Below are positions 58,005 through 64,000 of a stretch of DNA of 64,000 bases, piece by piece. The notes beneath the pieces were generated by a model. The model made no database searches. It saw only the letters and a list, made by a program, of their open reading frames with translations, and was not told the DNA's origin. The translations under genes were made by a program, and so were the position numbers. The first letter of the stretch is position 1, and every line of letters starts with the position of its first letter. This stretch comes from Gammaproteobacteria bacterium (GTDB lineage: Bacteria > Pseudomonadota > Gammaproteobacteria > Steroidobacterales > UBA11654): assembly GCA_002717445.1 (NCBI GenBank), contig PBDY01000002.1:39186-103185 (forward strand), written 5' to 3'.

Positions 58005-58652
58005 ATGCCATCAAGGTTAAAACTGCTTAAATCATTAGAGATTGATGCTTATCAATTAAGAAATATTTCGGAAAATCCTGACCCCAATGGTCAAACTGAT
58101 TGGTCAATAATTGAGTCCCAAGTATCCACTTGCAAAGCATGTCAACTTCACAAAGGGCGAAACAATCCCGTGTTCGGAGATGGAGATATGAGTTCTGATT
58201 GGTTTTTTATTGGCGAGGCACCCGGTAAAGATGAGGATCTCCAAGGAAAACCATTTGTGGGCAGAGCAGGGCGCCTTTTAACAGAGGTTATTTTTTCAAT
58301 GGGTTTATCAAGGGAAGAAGTTTTTATTGCAAATATTCTTAAATGCAGGCCTCCCGATAATCGAGATCCCAAGCCCGGAGAGGTAGCAAAATGCTTTCCT
58401 TATTTGGAAAAGCAGATCGAGCTGGTTAAACCCAAAGTCATTGTTGCAGTAGGAAGGATTGCTGCACATTCTCTTCTAGGCACTGATCTTCCTATGGGTC
58501 AATTAAGAGGCAAAATTCATGATTTTGGAAACAACAATATTCCCACATTGGTTATATACCATCCTGCTTATCTTTTAAGAAGTCCGTCTAAAAAAAGAAA
58601 AGTATGGGAAGATTTACAATTGGTAGAAAATATTCTAGACAATGATTCTTAA
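58005..58652 (+). CDS. Uracil-DNA glycosylase, family 4
   Basis: 215-aa ORF with a Cys cluster (CKACQLH) and GEAPGKDEDLQGKPFVGRAG, NILKCRPP and HPAYLLR blocks. Confidence 0.85.
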   Translation: MPSRLKLLKSLEIDAYQLRNISENPDPNGQTDWSIIESQVSTCKACQLHKGRNNPVFGDGDMSSDWFFIGEAPGKDEDLQGKPFVGRAGRLLTEVIFSMGLSREEVFIANILKCRPPDNRDPKPGEVAKCFPYLEKQIELVKPKVIVAVGRIAAHSLLGTDLPMGQLRGKIHDFGNNNIPTLVIYHPAYLLRSPSKKRKVWEDLQLVENILDNDS

Positions 58653-59901
58653 AAAATTCAAAAAAGATGCAGTCTCTTGGGCTTTCTATGATTGGGGTAA
58701 TTCAGCTTTTGCAACCACAGTGATGGCGGGTTTCTTTCCAATTTTCTATAAATCTTATTGGGCAAGTGATTTATCAAATTTGGAAAGCACTGCCATGGTT
58801 GGTTATGCGAATTCTGTATCAGGGCTTATGGTGGTTTTAATAGCTCCGATATTGGGCGCGTATGCTGATATTGGAACCAAAAGAAAAAAACTTCTAATCT
58901 CTTTTGCGAGCCTAGGTATTTTCTGCACTGCATCATTCTATTTAATCCCACAAGGCGAATGGTTGATTGCAGCTCTTCTTTATGCTTTTGCAGCAGTTGG
59001 TTTCTCAGGAGGAAACGTCTTTTATGATTCATTGATGACCTCGGTATCTAATAATGAGGACAGAAATATTGTTTCAGCATTGGGTTATTCACTGGGTTAC
59101 TTGGGCGGAGGATTGCTATTCCTAATCAACGTCATTATGTTCTTAAACCCTGAATTATTTGGTATTGACAGTCAATCAGATGCAATTTTAATCTCTTTTC
59201 TTATGGTCGCTATTTGGTGGGCAATCTTCAGCATCCCCCTTATGAAAAATGTTAAGGAATCAAGTCATGAAAAGAATGAAACTCGCCTCCTTGAGGCACT
59301 AAAACAGTCATTTAAAGAGGTTTATCAGACGCTAATTGAAGTTCGAAAGTATAGAAATGTAGCAATCTTTCTTTTGGCTTATTGGTTTTATATGGATGGC
59401 ATTGACACAATCGTAAGGATGGCAACTGCTTATGGTTCTGATATCGGATTAGAGGCTTCATCTATGATCATTGCTTTGATATTGACTCAGTTTGTGGGTT
59501 TTCCATCAACACTCATCTTTGGTCACTATGCAGATAAGGTTGGATTTAAGAAAATACTCAGCATCGGTATTTTGATCTACATCTTAATATCAGTTTTTGC
59601 CAGTCGAATCACAACGGCCACAGAGTTTTATATAATGGCAATTGTGGTTGGGTTGGTTATGGGAGGCATACAGTCAGTCAGCCGTGCTTATTTCAGCAGT
59701 ATTATTCCTAAAAATAAAGAAGCACAATTTTTTGGTTTCTATAACTTAGTGGGTAAATCAGCAGTGGTTGCGGGACCAGCTCTGCTTGCTTGGATATCAA
59801 TGATCTTCAATACTCCAAGAGCAGGAATTCTAGGTTTATTGATTCTATTTATTCCGGGTTTAGTTTTGCTTTGGATGGTGCCAAAGCACCAGAATTCATA
59901 A
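58642..59901 (+). CDS. MFS transporter, UMF1/Atg22-like family
   Basis: 419-aa ORF. The N-terminal SWAFYDWGNSAFATTVMAGFFPIFY is the family hallmark. Confidence 0.75.
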   Translation: MILKKFKKDAVSWAFYDWGNSAFATTVMAGFFPIFYKSYWASDLSNLESTAMVGYANSVSGLMVVLIAPILGAYADIGTKRKKLLISFASLGIFCTASFYLIPQGEWLIAALLYAFAAVGFSGGNVFYDSLMTSVSNNEDRNIVSALGYSLGYLGGGLLFLINVIMFLNPELFGIDSQSDAILISFLMVAIWWAIFSIPLMKNVKESSHEKNETRLLEALKQSFKEVYQTLIEVRKYRNVAIFLLAYWFYMDGIDTIVRMATAYGSDIGLEASSMIIALILTQFVGFPSTLIFGHYADKVGFKKILSIGILIYILISVFASRITTATEFYIMAIVVGLVMGGIQSVSRAYFSSIIPKNKEAQFFGFYNLVGKSAVVAGPALLAWISMIFNTPRAGILGLLILFIPGLVLLWMVPKHQNS

Positions 59902-62643
59902 CAACTTAATTTGTTCTTCAATTCTGGATTGATCAGAAATTAATCCTTTAAGCTTTGCTTTCAGGTCATCAACGACATCGCTCGGAGCTTTTTCAATAAA
60001 AGCATCATTGGAGAGTCTATTCTGAACCGATTCGAGTTCTTTATTTAGTTTGGATAACTTCTTTTCCAGTCGACCTTTCTCTTCTTCGATATCCACCAGT
60101 CCTTCCAAAGGAATAAACACCTTCATTTCACCCAGAAGCGCAATGGCTGATTTTGGCAAAACATCAGAGCTTTCTTTGTGCATGATTGCCTCAACCGACC
60201 CTAAATTACGAATGAATGAACCAAGTGACTCGAGCCTTTCGCAGTCCAAACTTGAGGCATCTTCGACGATGATTGAAATCGACTGTTTTGGTGGAATATT
60301 CATTTCGGATCGAATCTGACGAACCGAGGATATAAAATTCTTGAGCCATTCAGTATTTTCAGCGCTTTCATCATCAGTTTTCCAATCATCGGAGGAGGGG
60401 AAAACAGATTTCATGATGCTTCGTTTAGCATTTTCTTCATTCAGTGATTGCCAAATTTCTTCAGTAATGAATGGAATCGTAGGGTGTAGCATTCTCAAAA
60501 TTGCATCCAACATGTTTATGAGATTGTTTTTTGTATAATCTTTTTTTGAATCCGCTATCCCAGGATCATTGATATGTGTTTTTGCCAATTCGATATACCA
60601 GTCACAAAAGTCATTCCAAACAAACTCATACATTGCTGTTGCTGCAAGATCGAAACGATATTGCCCGAATTGTTTTTCTACCTCATCGATTGTTTTTGCA
60701 TATCTTGATTGAATCCATTGATCGATGGCATGCCCCTGTGAATCTTTTATATTTAATAATTCAAAGTCATTGGTGTTCATTTTTATGAATCGAGATGCAT
60801 TCCAAATTTTATTGCAAAAATTCCGATAACCTTCCACTCTATTTAAATCAAGGCGAATATCTCTCCCAGTCGAAGCCTGAATTGCAAAATTAAAGCGAAG
60901 CGCATCGGTTCCAAAATCAGGAATTCCATTCGGAAATTCTTTTTTTGTATCATTGATGATTCGTTGTTCCATTTCTGGTTGCATAAGGCCTTGCACCCTT
61001 TTTTCAAGAAGATCATCAAGACTGATGCCATCAATTAAATCAATCGGATCCAGAATATTTCCCTTCGATTTGGACATCTTTTGACCGTTTTTATCTTTTA
61101 TTAGGCCATGAATATATATTTCATTGAATGGGATCTCATCCATAAATTTAAGACCCATCATCACCATTCTCGCTACCCAAAAGAATATAATATCAAAGCC
61201 CGTGACCAGTACATTGGTTGGATAAAACGTTTTTAGGTCATAAGTATCATCTGGCCACCCAAGACTCGAGAAAGGCCATAGAGCAGAAGAAAACCATGTA
61301 TCGAGTACATCTTGGTCCTGTGTCAGAACAATTGATCCGTCTAAGTTATGTTTTTTCCGAATCTCTGGTTCATTTTCTCCCACGAAAACATTCCCTTCAT
61401 TGTCATACCATGCTGGAATTCGGTGACCCCACCACAGCTGTCTTGAGATACACCAATCCTGAATGTTTTCTAACCATTCGAAATAAGTTTTAGACCAATT
61501 CTCAGGAACGAATTTTAATTCACCATTTTTCACGACCTCTATGGCAGGTTTTGCCAGCGGTTCCATTTTTAAGAACCATTGGTTTGTAATCAGTGGTTCA
61601 AGAATTGCTCCACTTCGATCTCCTCTAGGGATGGTGAGTAGATAATCTTCAATTTCATGCATCAGACCGAGTTCTTCTAGGTCCTTCACAATCTTTCTTC
61701 TTGCCTCAAAACGGTCAAGCCCTCCATATTCTGATGGTGCTGACTGACTAATTTTAGCAGCTTGATCTAAAACACTGATGACCTCGAGACCGTGCTTTTT
61801 GCCAATTTCAAAGTCATTGAAATCGTGAGCAGGTGTTATCTTTACACACCCCGTTCCAAACGCTTGATCGACATACTCATCGGCAATAATTGGAATCTTT
61901 CTTTTTGTCAGGGGAAGAATGATATGCTTACCGACAAGATGTTTATAGCGTTTGTCATCTGGATGGACTGCTACAGCAGTATCCCCCAACATTGTCTCCG
62001 GTCTCGTAGTTGCAACAACAATGTAATCCTCTTGGCCATCCAATGGATATCTCATGTGCCACAAAGAACCTTTTTCCTCTGAAGTAGCTACCTCAAGATC
62101 TGAGAGTGCCGTTTGTAAAACTGGATCCCAATTCACAAGTCTCTTACCTCTATAAATCAACCCCTCTTCGTACAGTTGAATGAAGACTTTTGTGACGCCT
62201 CTAACGAGATTTTCATCCATAGTGAATTTTTCTTTAGTCCAATCTGTTGAGGCACCCAATCTCTTCATTTGTTTTGTTATGGTGCTTCCAGATTCTTCCT
62301 TCCATTTCCAGACTTCTTGTTCAAATGTTTCTCTACCGAGTTGTTGTCTTGATGTTCCATTTTTTTCCAATTGCCTTTCCACAACCATTTGCGTGGCAAT
62401 TCCTGCATGATCTGTACCCACTTGCCATAGAGTATTTTTACCTTTCATTCGTTCATACCGAATAATGATGTCCATGATGGTGTCTTGGAAAGCATGTCCC
62501 ATGTGTAGGGTGCCTGTGACATTTGGCGGTGGTATTACAATGCAAAAGGGAGCACCAGATTTTGAGGGTGAGAAATATCCTGAATCTTCCCACGATGCAT
62601 ATATTCTGGTTTCTATTTCTTTTGGATTATATGTTTTTTCCAA
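59896..62643 (-). CDS. valS: Valine--tRNA ligase
   Basis: 915-aa ORF with PPPNVTGTLHMGHA (HIGH), KMSKSKGN, a CP1 editing region and a C-terminal coiled coil. Confidence 0.95.
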   Translation of the reverse strand: MEKTYNPKEIETRIYASWEDSGYFSPSKSGAPFCIVIPPPNVTGTLHMGHAFQDTIMDIIIRYERMKGKNTLWQVGTDHAGIATQMVVERQLEKNGTSRQQLGRETFEQEVWKWKEESGSTITKQMKRLGASTDWTKEKFTMDENLVRGVTKVFIQLYEEGLIYRGKRLVNWDPVLQTALSDLEVATSEEKGSLWHMRYPLDGQEDYIVVATTRPETMLGDTAVAVHPDDKRYKHLVGKHIILPLTKRKIPIIADEYVDQAFGTGCVKITPAHDFNDFEIGKKHGLEVISVLDQAAKISQSAPSEYGGLDRFEARRKIVKDLEELGLMHEIEDYLLTIPRGDRSGAILEPLITNQWFLKMEPLAKPAIEVVKNGELKFVPENWSKTYFEWLENIQDWCISRQLWWGHRIPAWYDNEGNVFVGENEPEIRKKHNLDGSIVLTQDQDVLDTWFSSALWPFSSLGWPDDTYDLKTFYPTNVLVTGFDIIFFWVARMVMMGLKFMDEIPFNEIYIHGLIKDKNGQKMSKSKGNILDPIDLIDGISLDDLLEKRVQGLMQPEMEQRIINDTKKEFPNGIPDFGTDALRFNFAIQASTGRDIRLDLNRVEGYRNFCNKIWNASRFIKMNTNDFELLNIKDSQGHAIDQWIQSRYAKTIDEVEKQFGQYRFDLAATAMYEFVWNDFCDWYIELAKTHINDPGIADSKKDYTKNNLINMLDAILRMLHPTIPFITEEIWQSLNEENAKRSIMKSVFPSSDDWKTDDESAENTEWLKNFISSVRQIRSEMNIPPKQSISIIVEDASSLDCERLESLGSFIRNLGSVEAIMHKESSDVLPKSAIALLGEMKVFIPLEGLVDIEEEKGRLEKKLSKLNKELESVQNRLSNDAFIEKAPSDVVDDLKAKLKGLISDQSRIEEQIKLL

Positions 62644-62644
62644 C

Positions 62645-63079
62645 TCAATTCACCTTATGAGATTTAATTGTGTAGTTTAAACCCTTGTATGTTTTCCACT
62701 TGATTCTGGCTAAGCTTTTTTTCTCTTCTGAAGCCGGAACAATCTCGTGTATTTTCTTAGTTTCTAATGCAGGATCCTCTGCTTGGTCTGAAAGATTAAT
62801 TATGACATCGAAGTGCATGTCCGGAAATCTCTCACAACCGATCGAGATCGGTGCATTATGAATTTTGTCTTCCGATCTTGAATGCGGAACAAAGCTTTCT
62901 TGTCTAAAGGTCCAAAGTTGATCGTCAATGAGTTTTGCTTGTTCTTCATTACAGGCATGGATATAAATCTTTCCAAACCTCTTCTTGTAGCCTTTTTCAA
63001 TCAAGCGATAGACATAGTTCATCTGTTTTTTTTCGTCATCGTTCTCAAAATGATGAAAAGTGACTTCGATATCTTTCAT
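62645..63079 (-). CDS. holC: DNA polymerase III subunit chi
   Basis: 144-aa ORF located between pepA and valS, which is conserved gammaproteobacterial synteny. The N-terminal region is chi-like (FHHFENDD...LIEKGYKKR..IYIH). Confidence 0.8.
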   Translation of the reverse strand: MKDIEVTFHHFENDDEKKQMNYVYRLIEKGYKKRFGKIYIHACNEEQAKLIDDQLWTFRQESFVPHSRSEDKIHNAPISIGCERFPDMHFDVIINLSDQAEDPALETKKIHEIVPASEEKKSLARIKWKTYKGLNYTIKSHKVN

Positions 63080-63090
63080 TTATCAGATGA

Positions 63091-64000
63091 TTACGTTTTT
63101 GATTCGTTGATTAGAAATTCTGACATTAAGCCCATCGGTCTTCCGGTTGCACCTTTGTTTGTACCTTCAGCCCATGCAACGCCTGCAATATCTATGTGAG
63201 CCCAATCGTGTTCACCAACAAATTTCTGCAAAAAACAGCCCGCTGTAATAGTGCCAGCTCCGGAGCCACGGGTACTAATATTTGCAACATCAGCAAAGTT
63301 ACTGACTATTTGGTTGGCATACTCCTCAGTCAAAGGTAGCCTCCATGTGACATCATCGGTGGACTGACCACATTGAAGCAATTGATTCGCCAACTGATCA
63401 GAATTACTCATGAGACCTGAGTGATGGGACCCCAATGCCACGACACAAGCTCCTGTCAGAGTTGCCATGTCTATAATTAGTTTAGGCTTAAATCTTTGTG
63501 TATAGGTCAGCGCATCAGCCAATATTAATCTTCCTTCCGCATCTGTATTTAATACCTCTATCGTCTTTCCAGACATTGATTTCACGATATCACCAGGTTT
63601 TGTTGCTGTACTGCTGGGTACGTTTTCACAAGCAGGTACAACGAATACAGCGTTGATGGGAAGATTGAGTTCAGTAACCATCTGTAAGAGGCCAATTGTG
63701 GTTGATGCTCCGCACATGTCGTATTTCATTTCATCCATTTTATTAGAAGGTTTTAGTGAAATACCTCCTGTATCAAATGTAATTCCTTTTCCTACTATTG
63801 CGATTGGTTTTTGGCTTTTTGGACCATTATTGAACTCAGCAATAATCATTTTCGCAGGCTCTGAAGCACCAGCTGTTACAGAAAGAAGTGAGTTCATTCC
63901 CAGCTTTTTCATTTGAGCTTCATTGAGGATTTTCAATGATGCTGATTTGTTTTTGTTTACAATTTTTCTAGCCATTGATGTGAGGTAGCTCGGTGTACAA
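63091..64000 (-). CDS. pepA: Leucyl aminopeptidase (M17), 5'-truncated by the window edge
   Basis: NTDAEGRLILADAL signature, VGKGITFDTGG and DMKYDMCGA blocks. The frame stays open upstream of Met-63975 to the window end, so only the C-terminal ~300 aa are present. Confidence 0.9.
   Translation of the reverse strand, partial: CTPSYLTSMARKIVNKNKSASLKILNEAQMKKLGMNSLLSVTAGASEPAKMIIAEFNNGPKSQKPIAIVGKGITFDTGGISLKPSNKMDEMKYDMCGASTTIGLLQMVTELNLPINAVFVVPACENVPSSTATKPGDIVKSMSGKTIEVLNTDAEGRLILADALTYTQRFKPKLIIDMATLTGACVVALGSHHSGLMSNSDQLANQLLQCGQSTDDVTWRLPLTEEYANQIVSNFADVANISTRGSGAGTITAGCFLQKFVGEHDWAHIDIAGVAWAEGTNKGATGRPMGLMSEFLINESKT

Noticed and set aside
1-64000. Search for rRNA, tRNA, CRISPR arrays, IS elements, prophage or defence-system genes
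   Set aside because: None were recognised. Intergenic spaces are too short (maximum about 190 nt), and every long ORF has a metabolic, transport or housekeeping assignment or is a small membrane protein.

Overview
AT-rich (by eye, not computed) and very gene-dense chromosomal segment. It holds about 60 protein-coding genes, intergenic gaps are mostly under 130 nt, and there are many 1-, 4- and 8-nt start/stop overlaps. Conserved syntenies (pepA-holC-valS; purM-purN beside a CDP-alcohol transferase and hda; aceF-lpd; a Pseudomonas-type dcd) point to a streamlined, probably marine, gammaproteobacterium; this is inference. I found no rRNA, tRNA, CRISPR array, transposase, integrase or phage gene. 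The content falls into four groups. Housekeeping: pyk, metG, valS, proS, dcd, purMN, nth, grxD, pssA, hda, holC, ubiX. Transporters: DUF4212+SSS, DASS, DAACS, BCCT, three MFS-type, RND/MMPL. Oxidative enzymes: quinohemoprotein PQQ alcohol dehydrogenase, ALDH, class II aldolase. Secreted hydrolases: S9 peptidase, an amidohydrolase pair, a type-B carboxylesterase. The stand-out is a ~9.2-kb, translationally coupled operon at 32170-41350. It starts with the textbook 2-aminoethylphosphonate pathway: PEP mutase fused to a nucleotidyltransferase, phosphonopyruvate decarboxylase and AEP transaminase. It continues with a second nucleotidyltransferase, a 65-aa membrane peptide, a TagF-like phosphotransferase, a YejM/PbgA-like membrane enzyme that keeps the SDHG metal motif, and a YidC/Oxa1 homologue. 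I read it as a candidate cell-envelope phosphonylation system with an unusual export/attachment half. Other points worth a second look: two genes whose conserved N-termini can only be reached from an ATT codon (aceF and the YejM-like gene); a MetRS split at an A6 run exactly at the core/tRNA-binding-domain boundary; a ProRS with the INS editing domain cleanly excised; an Lpd carrying its own lipoyl domain; an amidohydrolase pair in which the second member lacks the HxH metal site; an orphan HMG-CoA synthase homologue; and a perfect 17-bp Fur-box-like palindrome between purM and a PgsA-like gene. All family calls rest on motif recognition and remembered reference sequences. No database search or computation was run.
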